Part shown: one piece after another, positions 1 through 12,273 of the stretch
Numbering within the stretch: the stretch's first letter is position 1
How the letters are laid out: the number at the start of each line of letters is the position of its first letter
Origin: Ginglymostoma cirratum
Taxonomy: Eukaryota
Length of the DNA stretch: 64,000 nucleotides
Assembly (NCBI GenBank): GCA_024137785.1
Contig: JAHRHZ010000139.1
Span: forward strand, 35,828,196 to 35,892,195
Direction: 5' to 3'
Program-made: the position numbers and the translations under genes
Notes under the pieces: generated by a model
What the model saw: the letters and a program-made list of their open reading frames with translations, nothing else
Told to the model about the DNA's origin: nothing
The model's database searches: none

Positions 1-1020
1 TGAAATAAATGTTGCATATATACACAAACAGGAATTCTAGCACAAAATAGTTGTCATTTTACATGCCAGTTTGGCTTATACACAATAAGCTATGGTACTG
101 GTTGAGAGAAACAACCACTTTTCAGTACCAATGTTTCCATACTGAAAAATGTCCATTGCTCTATAAAATTGTTCTTTTTTTGCCCCTGGGAACTGTGTTC
201 CAATCTACTCTGAGCTCAGGCAATAATATCCTCCTTTTTCTGACAACTATAAAGGTCCCCTAGTGAAATCAGTTTGAAAAGTCTACATCTATTTCTTAAC
301 GGGTATGAATTCACTTCAGAAAGCTGCCTATATTTCAGCACTAATTGGCCATCTTATTCAGAAAGCATGCAAAGATGCCTCGCCTGGGAAATGGAAATGA
401 AAGCGGTTATCCTTTACATTGATAAGCAGAAAGTTTCACCCAAAATTTAAAGTCCAGAGAACATCAGATCAGTTCTGGCTGAGAAGCCTCTCTGATACTT
501 TAATATTGCAGCTCCAGCATCAATACACAGTGCACTGTCACAGATGTGAAAATTAGATTAGGAGCCTGATTTGACTCCTGCAGAGACTGCATGAGATTCC
601 AAGAGTGAATAGTCTCAGTGAGTGGAATCCTAGAGGGCTCTGAATGACGTGGGCTATGGCAAAAATCCGGAAGCATCGCATGAGAGGTCACTTGAGGCCT
701 TTCCCAACATTGGGAACAACAAATCACATTTTCCAACAGAGCTCCAGGCTTCAAGACGAGATTGTTGCTAGTAAGTAGTGTGATGCCTATTAACAGGAAT
801 TATCGCTCATTATCACCTACAGTACTAATCAAATCCTCCGCTGGAGAGAAACTAGATACTGAGAATTCCTAATATCAGAGTCGGAGTGGGCACTTTAAAA
901 CTCTGCAGCTCACTCTGCTCCTTTGGACCTCTATCCTGGGCACCTGGCACAAACACCTCAGAGCATGCTCCAAACCAGCAAACTCTTCAAACCCACTTAC
1001 AGTCCATTTCTTTATTCTTT

Positions 1021-1367
1021 TTCAGTCATTCACAGAATGACGGTGTCGCTGACTAGGCCAGCATTTATTGTCCACCTCTAATTGCCCAGAGAGCAGTTAT
1101 CGGTCAACCGCATTGCTGTGGGTTTGGAGTCACATGTATGCTGGATCAGGTAAAGATGGCAGTTTCCTTCCCCAAAGGTGCACCAGATGGGATTTGCTGA
1201 CAATTCGCAATGGAGTCACAGTCAACATTAGTCTCTTAATTCTAGATATCTATTGAATTCAAATTCCATCATGTGCCATGGCAGGATTTGAACCCAGGTC
1301 CCTAGAACATTACCTGGGTCTCTGGATTTACAGTCCAGTGATTATACCACTAGACCATTGCCTCCCC
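1021..1367 (-). mobile_element. tRNA-derived Deu-type SINE (SacSINE1-like)
   Basis: Minus strand reads box A (tggtctagtgg) and box B (ggttcaaatcc), then a body and the gggcaattag...aataaatgctggcctag tail shared with 8370-8700 and with the LINE at 43259-46530. Confidence 0.75.
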
Positions 1368-2199
1368 TTCAATGCTGCATTATGGAATGCAACTAATGGC
1401 ACATCCCCTTGCAAAGCTGCTGCACGAGTACTCTGCAAGTAGGGACAGGCACCCAAGCTCCCAGGCTGGCCCATACAGCACCTCAGGGTTTCTTCTTTTC
1501 TTTGTGCTCATTGACTTTATGCCCTCCTGGATGCTCACAGTCTGGTCTTTCCATGTAACACTTTGCCCCCTCAGCCAGAGCTAACAGGCACCCGGTACAT
1601 CTTTCTTGATTTGCCTTTTAACACAGACACAAAGCCAAAGAGCATGATGGTTGTATACAGTCGTCAGTTAAGTGAGTGATCACATTGCTATAGGACACCA
1701 TGTTACGGTGATCTCACACCTGCACCACATGGCTGCAGCTCACGCAGCAAATACACTGCATGAGCTTCAAGAAAATGGCCACATCTCAAAGTCTGAGAGT
1801 CCTCAGTCATGTTAAAGGAAGGCCTGGCACAATAAGTCAAGGGCAGCCACTGACTCATCTGCAGGTCTTGAGCAGTCATTTGGTCAGGATAATCTCCTTG
1901 TAGGGGATGAGGAACCAGATGTCCACCACCCCATCACCTGTTTCGGCTCTTTCTACCCTATTGTGCGTTGCTTACACCTTGGTTGACACAAAGGGAAGGA
2001 GGGAGTGAAATGAAAGTGAATGGCATAGCTGTTACTGCTGGTGCCTATGGGAGACAGGTTGTGAGGTATTCTGAGTGAGTGAGCAGGCAGCTCAATGGTC
2101 ACACAGGGTTAGTGTTCTGAGGGAATTGGGAGGGTGAGAACAAATGAGAGATGTTGCAGGCAACAGTGAGAGTGGTAGAGCAGGAGGCTCTGGGGGATT

Positions 2200-2480
2200 G
2201 GGTTCAGTAACTGAGATAGAGTGAGTGCATTATAGCAGGGAGAAGATGGTGGCGCTTATCCTGGTGGCACAGAGAAGATCAATGATCTTCATACACTGCT
2301 GGGCTTCCATTCGGATGACCAACATGGCACTGATCTAGGTGGCAACCTTTGACCAGGCTGGCAGCATCTGATCTTGTGGGAAGAGGACATTCTTCCTCTG
2401 TCCACTAGGATCTTGAGGTCCCTGCCTACAAAATCGAGTGCCAACTGCCTCTTGTCCCCCATGACTGAGGCAAGTATCAC
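2200..2480 (-). mobile_element. Decayed Harbinger-like Myb/SANT ORF remnant
   Basis: MGDKRQLALDFVGRDLKILVDR aligns with 49940-50150 (MEDKGKLALHNVDRDLEVLVERVVQRR) and 59460-59680. Resembles NAIF1/MSANTD-type Harbinger proteins. Confidence 0.5.
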
Positions 2481-3589
2481 AAATCACGCAGGCCAGCTCT
2501 GGACCGATGGTGCTTCACCAGATGCATAATGGCCCTTTTAAAATGGTGTTACCACCAGGGAATAGTCTATTTTGGAACAACCCAACTGTGGCAAATACTT
2601 CCAGGTATGGTGAGTGAGTGAATCGGCTAGCATTGGATGAGAAAGGGAGGATAGATAGTTAACGAGGCAGGTTTGGGATGGTAATGCAAGAAAACTCACT
2701 AGGCCTCAAGGGCAGAATCCCTCCATGGAATTCAACAAAAATAACACCATCAAAATGTTATTTGATTCAGCTCACAGTTTTAGGATTAATACCATGTGAA
2801 TAAGTCTAATTTCAATGCAATATCCAAATAGTTCCACAACTTACTTCAAGCATATTGGCTTTAGCCTTCTTGTATATTTTGCAAACAAACCGGTAGTTTC
2901 GTAAAGTATACGGAGATTGGAGCTGCTCCTGTTCTTAATCTCAAATGAATATTAAAGCAAATGGTCTGAGGTATGCATTATCCTACTCAATACAAGAAAT
3001 GTAGCGGCTGTTTCACTCTTTTCTGTGCCCAGCTACACAACACAAATGAAAAATGGTTGCAGGTCCTTTGTATTGAATATCTATGATGAAACTGCATCCC
3101 AAATTCCTATCGAGTTTTGAACGGTACGCACCTCACTAAGAAAAAGGAAGCACAATAAAAGTTAATGGGGACAGCGTAACTTTAGCAGGAAAGAAACGGA
3201 TAATAATGACTCAACCAACCATTTTACATCACTCGCAATTTCCCTTCCATTGACTTCACCCACAATCTAAGACTGACAAGCAGACTTTCCTGAGCAAAGT
3301 ACATCAACTATAAAGCTAGGCAGCAAGTGTCAGCTTGAAAACGTTTATCCTGTTGGAGACACTACCAGAACTAAAATTACAAACAAAGCATTAAAAATGT
3401 TTTCTGTACCTCAATGCACTATTCCAAATTAGGTTTTGATATTAACTAATCTTGACACTAAGTAAGACATGAGAACAAATATTTATATTTTGCAGACTAC
3501 TGAGGCAAGAACTGAAGCTGTGCTGCATGACCACAGTTTCTGAGATACTTGTTCAAAAATAAAACTGTGACATGGATCATTAAGCATTA

Positions 3590-4140
3590 AATGCTCCCTA
3601 CATCACATGAAACAGAAAGTATTAGCATGCAGGTACAGCAGGCAATTAGGATGGCAAATAGAAAGATGGCTTTTACTGCGAGGGCATGTAGTGTAAATGT
3701 AGAGAAGATTTGCTGTGAGTGTACAGGATGTTGGTGAGACTGCATCTAGAGTACTGTAGACACTTCTTGTCTCTCTATTTAAAGTGAAGTGAGTTATTTT
3801 TAAATCGGACTGTTCAGGCATGTTACAGCACATATCTGGGGAAGGTAAAACATGAACCCAGGCCTTAAAGCTCAGAAGAAGGGACACTACCATTGCACCA
3901 CACTAACCCACCTTAATATAATTGTACGAGGGGTTATTTAGATAAGGTCATTAGCTTGATTTCTGAGATTAAGTCATTATCTTTATGAGGAAATGTAGAC
4001 CAGGTTTGACCTGTATTGTTTGGGTAATAGGAACAGGCAGGAAAGTGGAGTGGAGGATGAAAATTTAATTAGCTATGATATTACTGAATGGCAGAACAAG
4101 TTTAAGGGGCCTACTCCTGCTCCTATTCTTTATGTTCTTA
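3590..4140 (+). mobile_element. Decayed CR1 LINE 3' fragment with a short tRNA-like insert (about 3795-3900)
   Basis: Typical CR1 RT C-terminal nucleotides (agcatgcaggtacagcaggcaattag..., ttggtgagactgcatctagagtactg) and 3' tail cctactcctgctcctattctttatgttctta. Confidence 0.65.
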
Positions 4141-4380
4141 TTGCACATATTTGATCTACCTTATAGTGCGAGTGTCAAATACCAGAGGTAATAGTTTTGT
4201 TGTGTGCTCAGGAAAATCAGTGGCCTGGGCATTCCAATTACTGGTGATTCTATTGCTTCATTCATTGGTGTCATTCATTTCCCAGAAGATTGACTGCTAT
4301 CGTTCTCTATCTCTATCTGTCCTGTGTTGACCTTATGCATTCAATGTGACTCAACCACAACCAATTCATTTTATGTCTCA

Positions 4381-6723
4381 GAGATAATAGGTACTGCAGA
4401 CGCTGGAGAATCCGAGATAACAAGGTGTGGAGCTGGATGAACACAGCAGGCCAAGCAACATCATAGGAGCAGGAAAGCTTGACATTTTGGGCCCAGACCC
4501 TTCATCAGAAATGGGGGAGGGGAAGAGGGTTCTGAACTAAATAGGGAGAGAGGGGGAGGCGGATAGAAGATGGATAGAGGAGAGGATAGGTGGAGAGGAG
4601 ACAGACAAGTCAAAGAGGCGGGGATAGAGCCAGTAGAGGTGAGTGTAGGTGGGGAGGTAGGGAGGAGATAGGTCAGTCCAGGGAGGACAGACAGGTCAAG
4701 GGGGTGGGATGAGGTTAGTAGATAGGAGATGGGTGTGCGGCTTGAGGTGGGAGGAGGGGATAGGTGACAGGAAGAACAGGTTAGGGAAGCAGGGACTAGC
4801 TGGGCTGGTTTTGGGATGTTGTTGGGGGAGGGGAGATTTTGAAGTTTGTGAAATCCACATTGATACCATTGGGCTGCAGGGTTCCCAGGCTGAATATGAT
4901 TTGCTGTTCCTGCAGCCTTTGGATGGCATCACTGTGGCACTGCAAGAGGCCCAGGATGGACATGTCGTCTGAGGAATGGGAGGGGGAGTTGAAATGGTTA
5001 GCGACTGGGAGGTGCAATTGTTTGTTGCGAACTGAGCGCAGGTGTTCTGCAAAGCAGTCCCCAAGCCTCCAGTTGGTTTCCCCGATGTAGAGGAGGCCAC
5101 AACGGGTACAGCGGATGCAGTATACCACATTGGCAGATGTGCAGGTGAACATCTGCTTGATGTGGAAAGTCTTCTTGGGGCCTGGGATTGGGGTGAGGGA
5201 GGAGGTGTGGGGGCAGGTGTAGCACTTCCTGCGGTTGCAGGGAAAAGTGCCGGGTGTGGTGGGGCTGGAGGGGAGTGTGGAGCGGACAAGGGAGTCACGG
5301 AGAGAGTGGTCCCTCCGGAAAGCAGACAAGGGTAGGGAGTGAAAAATGTCTATGTTGGTGGGGTCAGATTGCAGATGGCAGAAGTGTCGGAGGATGATGT
5401 GTTGGATCCGGAGGTTGGTGGGGTGGTACGTGAGGACAAGGGGGATTCCTTTTTGGTTGTTATTGTGGGGACGGGTTGTGACGGATGAGTTGCGGGAAAT
5501 CCGGGAGACACGGTCAAGGGCGTTCTCGACCACTGCGGGGTTAAGTTGTGGTCCTTGAAGAACGAGGATATCTGAGATGTACGGGAGTGGAATGCCTCAA
5601 CTTGGGAGCAGATGCGGCAGAGGTGAAGGAATTGGGGATAGGGGATGGCATTTTTGCAGGAAGGTGGGTGGGAGGAGGTGTATTCTAGGTAGCTGTGGGA
5701 GTCGGTGGGCTTGAAATGGATATCGGTTTCTAGGTGGTTACCCGAGATGGAGTCAGAGAGGTCCAAGAAGGAGAAAGAGGCGTTAGAGATGGTCCAGGTG
5801 AACTTAAAGTTGGGGTGGAAGGTGTTGGTGAAGTGGATGAACTGTTCGAGCTCCTCCTGGGAGCATGAGACAGCGCTGATACAGTCATCAATGTAACGGA
5901 GGAAGAGGCGGGGTTTAGGGCCAGTGTAGGTACGGAAGAGAGATTGTTCCACGTAACCCACAAAGAGGCAGGCATAGCTTGGGCCCATGCGGGTACCCAT
6001 GGCCACCCCTTTTGTCTGTAGCAAGTGGGAGGAATTGAAAAAGAAGTTGTTGAGGGTGAGGACGAGTTCGGCTAAGCGGATGAGGGTGTCAGTAGAGGGA
6101 GATTGGTCAGGTCTGCGGGACAGGAAGATGCGGAGGGCCTTCAGGCCATCTGCATGGGGAATACAGGTATATAGGGACTGGACGTCCATGGTAAAAATGA
6201 GGTGTTGGGGACCGGGGAATTGGAAGTTCTGGAGGAGGTGGAGGGCGTGGGTGGTGTCATGGACGTAGGTAGGGAGTTCCTGGAGCAAGGGCGAGAAAAT
6301 GGAGTCAAGGTAGGTGGAGATAAGTTCGATGGGGCAGGAGCAGGCGGAGACAATGGGTCGATGAGGGCATTCAGGTTTATGGATTTTGGGAAAGAGATAG
6401 AAGCGGGCGGTGCGGGGTTGGGGAAAGATGAGGTTGGAGGCTGTCGGTGGGAGGTCACCTGAGGTGATGAGGTTGTGGATGGTTTGGGAGATGATGGTTT
6501 GGTGCTCGGGGGTGGGGTCATGATCCAGGGGGTGGTAGGAGGAAGTGTCGGAGAGTTGGCGCCTGGCCTCAGCGATGAAGAGGTCAGTGTGCCATACTAC
6601 AACTGCGCCTCCCTTGTCTGCGGGTTTTATGGTGCGGTTGGGATTGGAGCGGAGGGAGCAGAGGGCTGCGCGTTCTGTGGGGGAGAGGTTGGAGTGGGTG
6701 AGAGGGGTGGAGAGGTTGAGGCA
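4381..6723 (-). mobile_element. Penelope-like retroelement, family 1 (Neptune-type: RT + Cys-rich linker + GIY-YIG), 5'-truncated, one frameshift near 5540
   Basis: ORF 5350-6774 has PADKGGAVVVW, DVQSLYTCIPH, QTKGVAMGTRMGPSYA and RYIDD. ORF 4796-5533 has the CNRRKCYTCPH linker and the VVYCIRC..CGLLYIGET..R...EH GIY-YIG motif. TSD attttatgtctca (4368-4380) / attgtatgtctca (6724-6736). Confidence 0.93.
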
Positions 6724-6789
6724 ATTGTATGTCTCATCCATTTTTATCTCACTTTCTTCTGTTAAATTTTCCACTAATCTCTTCCTGCA

Positions 6790-7620
6790 TAATTGTTTCT
6801 GTTATTAGCCTCCTGTATTGACATTCCCAACATTTATTTTCTTGTTCTTAGATGTTTTCCACTTGGTTCCCTCCCTTCTCTAGCCATTTCCAGTATCTCT
6901 TCATTAGTTTGTCTCTCTGTGTAAAATAAGCAGAACATTCTCCAAGATGTTACAACTCAATCGCATTCGTTTTATGAACTCTGTTTGTTGTTCATGTCTC
7001 TTAGACCTACAACACAATGACAAAGTGTAGCACTTTGGCAGTTTTTTTTATAAGATTCAACTTGGGTATTCTCGATGTTTAAGTACCTTTCATTTAAAAA
7101 CTGGCATTGGCTATTTTAATTTTCCTTCGGTTTTGCAATTATATCTCCCATGATGTGAGATGATCTGCACAAGATACACAAAACTTTGCATTTATTCCAG
7201 GACTTGGCAGTTCACTTCAATTTGTCCTTTTAGAGTTAGGTCTTGATTTAATCAACATTATCTCAGTCTTCTTCACATTCGTTCTTAACCTATGTTCCAC
7301 ACTCATTAGTTCATAATTTCCTGTAGATCCTGTTCTGAGTCAACAATCGCTGTGAATCTCAAGTAGTTGATGTTCAATCTTCCCAATGTTGCAATCAAGT
7401 AGATGTTCTAGGTCCCTGCAGATAGCTACAGTAAACAAGGTGAACAGTTTTGAGGACTTATCACATTCCTGGTGAAGTCCTCTTTTGTTTGTGAAGCAGT
7501 CTGACAAGCTATCATCATGTCTCATCACTCCTGATTGAATCCAGTATTGACTCAGGATTGTTCATTTAATCAAATGGTGCTGCTGTCATACAAAATTTGA
7601 ATATTGCTGAAAAGGAAGAT
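6790..7620 (-). mobile_element. Decayed RTE-like LINE RT fragment
   Basis: ORF 7340-7528 LSDCFTNKRGLHQECDKSSKLFTLF resembles the non-LTR RT motif (F...RG+RQGC.LSP.LF). Heavily degraded. Confidence 0.5.
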
Positions 7621-8369
7621 ATTCTGCTGCACCATTGGAACTTCCTCACTTACTTCAATGGGTGTCTGTACAGGATGGAAATACTTCTAGGAGCATGCAG
7701 AAAGTCAGTGATGAGAAATATTGCCCTCAAACAATGACAAACACACACTTATGAGTGAACTGGCGGTGCTTCTAAATCATAAGTCACAGAAAAAGTGGGA
7801 TATGCATGAAAACTCCTGGGACATTGGAAGTTTGAAGCAAAATGGGAGCAGAAGATTGATTTTTACAAAGTACAAAATGGTCATTATTGCTAGTTTCAGC
7901 TTTGTTTGCTTTGCACACGGCATGGTAATGCTATTACAATCAGCATCTAACTCCTGGATGCTACTGGACACACAGCTAAGCAACCTCCTCTGCATTTCAC
8001 ATCGCATGGGTTACCACGCAGGAAAAGGTTGGCCACAGTGTTAATCCCTCGGCATTTCAACTGGGGAAGTTGCTGCCAGAAACATGACTTCAACCATTGT
8101 CACTTCCTAACGCATTGTGGCACCTCACTAGAACAAGTACCTGTGTAGAATCACTGCAAGTAATTGAGAATGGCATTTGCAGATGACATGCTGGTGAGTA
8201 AGGGGATTTGGGATCAGAAGGGATTTGGCATACACTCATTATGCCAATGAGTGTAAATAAGTCACCATATATGGCTCAGGAATATAGAAATCTAAATAAT
8301 GGGACCCAAACTTCAAAAGAACAATGATTATGGAGAATGTAGGAATATATGAACCAGGATTAGGTTAAG

Positions 8370-8700
8370 GTGAGGTAATGGTCTCGTGGTATTATCGTTA
8401 GACTATTAATACATAAACCGAGGAAACGTTCAATGGAACTACATTCAATCCTTGTGATGACAGATGGTGGAATTTGAATTCAATTTTTAAAAAGTTGGAA
8501 CTAAAAAGTCTAGCAATGACCATGAAACCATTGTTAATTGTCAGGAAAATCTGATCTGGCTCACTAATACCCTTTAGGGAAGAAAGCTGCTGCCCTACAT
8601 GTGACTATAGACCCACAACAATGTGATTGATTCTTGACTGTTCTCTGGGCAATTGGGTTTCACTGGCCTAATCAGAAATGCCCATATCCCGTTCATGAAT
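8370..8700 (+). mobile_element. Deu-type SINE (SacSINE1-like)
   Basis: Colinear with 43259-43565 (gatggtggaatttgaattcaa, ccatgaaaccattgt, ctcactaataccctttagggaag, ctacatgtgac), then jumps to the LINE 3' tail. Confidence 0.75.
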
Positions 8701-8704
8701 TTTA

Positions 8705-8998
8705 AAAAAGGATTAGGAGTAGGCCTTTCAGCCCATTGGGTATACAACTCCATCTTTTTTCTCCTGTATGGATCAAAAATCTGTCTAATATTGCCTTCAA
8801 TATAGTCAATGATCCAGCCTCCTCTCCTGTCTGCAGTGGGAAATTTCCAAAGATTAACAACCCTCTGAGAGAAGAAATTTCTCTACATATCCGTCTTAAA
8901 GGTGGCACCCTTTATTATGAACAGTAGCTCTAATTCTAAATTCCCCACAAGAGGAAACATCCTCAAGCATCCACTCTGCCAAGATCTTTCAGAATGTT
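8705..8998 (-). mobile_element. CR1 LINE 3' fragment
   Basis: Reverse complement of the CR1 3' end (aggagtaggcc.ttcagccc; accctctgagagaagaaatttctc). Confidence 0.65.
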
Positions 8999-9263
8999 AT
9001 TATTTTTTATTCATTCTTTGGATGTGAGTGTCACTGTCTAGACCACCATTGATTTCCAATTCCACATTTCACTGGAGAAGGTAGTTGTGAATTGCCTTCT
9101 TGAATTTCTGCATGGGGTGTACAGAAACCCACATTGCTTCGAGGAAGGTTCAATAAGGTTATCCTTGTGGCAGTGAAGCAATGGTGATATACCTCCAAGT
9201 CATGATCGTGAGTAGATTGGAGGGGTGCTGTTCCTATCCTCCTGCTGCCCTCATGCTCCTAGG

Positions 9264-9693
9264 TGTAATGATTGTAATGAGGTTAGCTAGGTAGACCTAA
9301 CAGAATATGAGATAACGAGGTGTGGAGCTGGATGAACACAGCAGGCCAGGCAGTGTCAGAGGAGCAGGAAAGCTGACGTTTCGGGTCAGGACCCTTCTTC
9401 TGAAGACGGGTCCCGACCTGAAACATCAGCTTTCCTGCTCCTCCGATGCTGCCTGGCCTGCTGTGTTCATCCAGCTCCACACCTTGTTATCTCATAGAAT
9501 ATGAGTTTCCTGATTGGACCAAATTAACAGCCCCAGTCAGGGAGTCCTGGCTGACAGATACATACAGGAGAATCAGAGGTTCTGTTCACTTGGAGCTGGC
9601 TCTAAGGGAGCTAGATCAGTATCAAGGATTCTCCACGTGTAAATAAACGGTGACTTGGTGACTAGGGATATTGGCCTCTGTGGAGTTATTTCA
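9264..9693 (+). mobile_element. Solo Gypsy LTR (same family as 37111-41882), interrupted by a palindromic PLE insert
   Basis: TG...CA ends. 5-bp TSD ctagg (9259-9263 / 9694-9698). Homologous to the LTRs at 37111-37319 and 41666-41882. Confidence 0.85.
9309..9493. mobile_element. Palindromic PLE-end element (two inverted family-1 3' termini)
   Basis: Arms of about 90 bp, gagataac...acccttc / gaagacgggt...gttatctc. Duplicated target ctaacagaatatgag / ctcatagaatatgag. Confidence 0.9.
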
Positions 9694-10006
9694 CTAGGTG
9701 GTTGAGGTTTCAAGATAGGAAGATAGGAAGATGCTGTCCAAGGGATCTTAGCAAATGTTTGCTCTCCAACTTGTTGATAGTGCCTATTATTGCTGTTGTG
9801 CATCATGGTGAAGGGCGTGAATGTTAATGATAGTGTTAATGAAACAGGTTGTTTTTCAGGGTGATATCAGGCTTTTTCAGTGTTGTCGAAGCTACACTCA
9901 TCCAGGCAAATGCAGAATATTCCAACACACTGCTGACAAGTGCCTTCTAGATGGTGGGCAGCAAATGGGGAGACAGGAAGTGAATAACTCGCTGTGCAAT
10001 TCCTAG

Positions 10007-11040
10007 CCATATCTAAACTCCAGTGAATACAGGTCTAAGTTTTCAACCTATCCCGTAAGATAATCCCTTCATCCTAGGAATCAACCAAGTGAAACTTCTG
10101 TGAACTGCTTCCAATTGAAGTGCATCCCTCCTTAAGAAAGGAGGCCAAACTTTGTGCCTGGAATACTGCATAATATCCCAATATCCTCTACTGTTGTAGC
10201 AAGACTTTCCCATCAGAACCTTCCTACATGCCCAAAGTGTCATCCCTCTCTTCACATTCCCCTCAAGGTGGGCAGTGGTAGGGAACAGCCTGCTATCCAC
10301 TTCATTGTGCATACCTGACATGCCAAATATAAAGACTGCTATAATTGTACAGATTTTCTTGTAAGTCCTGTAATGTTTATATATTTTTTGTAATTTATTT
10401 TCAAATTTTATGAATGAAGTATATTTTTGGAAAATTAATTAATTCTTTGATAGGGGATGAACAAAGAACACACTAGAATCATAGACCTGTACAGTGTGGA
10501 AACCGACCCTTCGGTCCAACTCGTCCATGATGACCAGGTATCCTAAATTGATCTAGACCCATTTGCCAGCATTTGGCCCATATCCCTCAAAAACCTCCCT
10601 ATTCATGTACCCCTCCAGATTCCTTTTAAATGTTGTAATTGCACCCACCTCCACCATTTCCTCTGGCAGCTCATTCCATACACACACCACCCTCTGTATG
10701 AAAATGTTACCCCTGAGGTTCCTTTTAAATCTTTCCATTCTCACCTCAAACCCATACCGTCTAGTTTTGGACTCCTCTATCCTGGGGAAAAGACCTTGTC
10801 TATTTACCCTATTTATCCATGCCCCTCATGATTTTATAAACGTCTATAAGGTCACCCTTCAGTCTCCGACTCTCCAGGGAAAATAGCCCCAACCTTTTCA
10901 GCCTCTCCCTATAGGCAAACCCTCCAACCCTGGTAAAACCATTGTAAATCTTTTCCGAACTCTTTCGCGTTTCACAACATCTTTTCTATAGCAGGGAGAC
11001 CAGAATTGAACATATTATTCTGTAAGTGGCCTAAATGCTA
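10007..11040 (-). mobile_element. Two CR1 (HER1-like) LINE 3' fragments (about 10007-10230 and 10470-11040)
   Basis: ORFs DALQLEAVHRSFTWLIPRMKGLSY and FKRNLRGNIFIQRVVCVWNELPEE..GYGPNAGKW are standard CR1 ORF2 C-termini. Confidence 0.8.
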
Positions 11041-12181
11041 GGGTGGAGCTTTAACTCTCCATGCCACCCAAGAGTCAGCTAGGAGGCAGAAGGACATTCA
11101 AATTAGGCTGTAAGGCATGGGATGGTATGACCTTCACCGTCCTGATAATCCCCCAATTAATTCAGGGGTATGGAAGTTTGAAGTCAGTCTTCCCAACACC
11201 AAGCCAAGTGAGGCCTTTGAAGGTTAATTATTGGGGAGGTGGGGTTAGGATGGGCAGAGTCCAGCTGGCAGCAAAAGCAGCCTTTACTGAAAGCCCCCAC
11301 CTGTGCTCTCCAAATCAACCCCTCCTCCTCCACCTGCTTCCCATCTACCTGACTGGCCTTGGTAGTCTGCATCTCTTACCACTCCTCTGCCTTCCAGCGC
11401 TACTCTTGGTCCCTGGGGTCCAGTGCACTTTCAAAATTGGATACATTCCCACTGGTGCTTCTGCGACTGAAGAGCTTCCAAACCCCAAAACGGCCAGCAG
11501 GACTTGGAGGTCAGGCTTTTGCTTCAGAAAGCCAAGGAATCTCGACAACAGGCTGTGAGTAGGTTATTGGATTTGAATTCTATTATGGTTCCAAGAAATG
11601 GTGCAATGGGTTATCACTGCTTTTCTGGCCATTAGCTGGGCCACTGCCAAAGCCATTAAATTCAGCCACTACTTGCGACTTCCGCCAGCACCACAGGTGG
11701 CCCTTTCAAAGCCACTATGCCAACAGTATTTTCAGACTCTGATTCCATTACTCATTAATCCATATGATGTACAACACTACCCTCAATTGAGTTAATGGAA
11801 GCTACCTTTCATTCTTTTAAAAAAAATCTATTGAATTTATTTTGTCATCAGGCTAGAAGGCAAAATAAATGGCTCCACCTCACAGGACTACACTGTGTGA
11901 AATCAAAGCGATTTCTGCCTAAAATAGATGAGAAATAAACTCACAGACCGCACATTTGTTGGTACTAAAAATGCATCTTTGTTAAATTAATGCCTTAGCC
12001 CATTCGACAGGAGCCATGTGGATATCCTGATAACACCATCTGTGTTGCCAGTAATGTAGTGGACTCTATTTTGAGGCTCACTGTTAGTGACTGATATTAT
12101 GAACAGCAAGATGGTGATTAAAAGGAGTGGAAATTACTCACTTATAAAGTCAGAACTGCTAGACCCACGGAATTTTAAAGG

Positions 12182-12273
12182 GAGATAGTAGGAACTGCAG
12201 ATGCTGGAGAATCTGAGATAACAAGGTGTAGAGCTGGATGAACACAGCAGGCCAAGCAGCATCAGAGGAGCAG
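12182..12273 (-). mobile_element. Isolated PLE family-1 3' terminus
   Basis: Near-identical to 4381-4472. Confidence 0.85.

Larger units (their letters stand above)
9008..10006 (-). mobile_element. 3' fragment of the SINE-headed LINE family, interrupted by a solo LTR
   Basis: Reverse complement of about 45950-46520. Sequence is continuous across the insertion at 9264-9693. Confidence 0.65.

Noticed and set aside
526-539. CACAGTG heptamer within a palindrome (possible RAG signal)
   Set aside because: No nonamer at 12/23 spacing, wrong polarity for a signal joint, and no Ig/TCR segments seen in the window.
4696-6808. Many long overlapping Pro/Ser-rich or Gly/Val-rich ORFs (also 32371-33181)
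   Set aside because: Alternative and antisense frames of the C-rich Penelope ORF, not independent genes.
9283-9504. Near-identical ORFs on both strands (MELDEHSRPGS...)
   Set aside because: An artefact of the DNA palindrome; they start at GTG and have no coding evidence.
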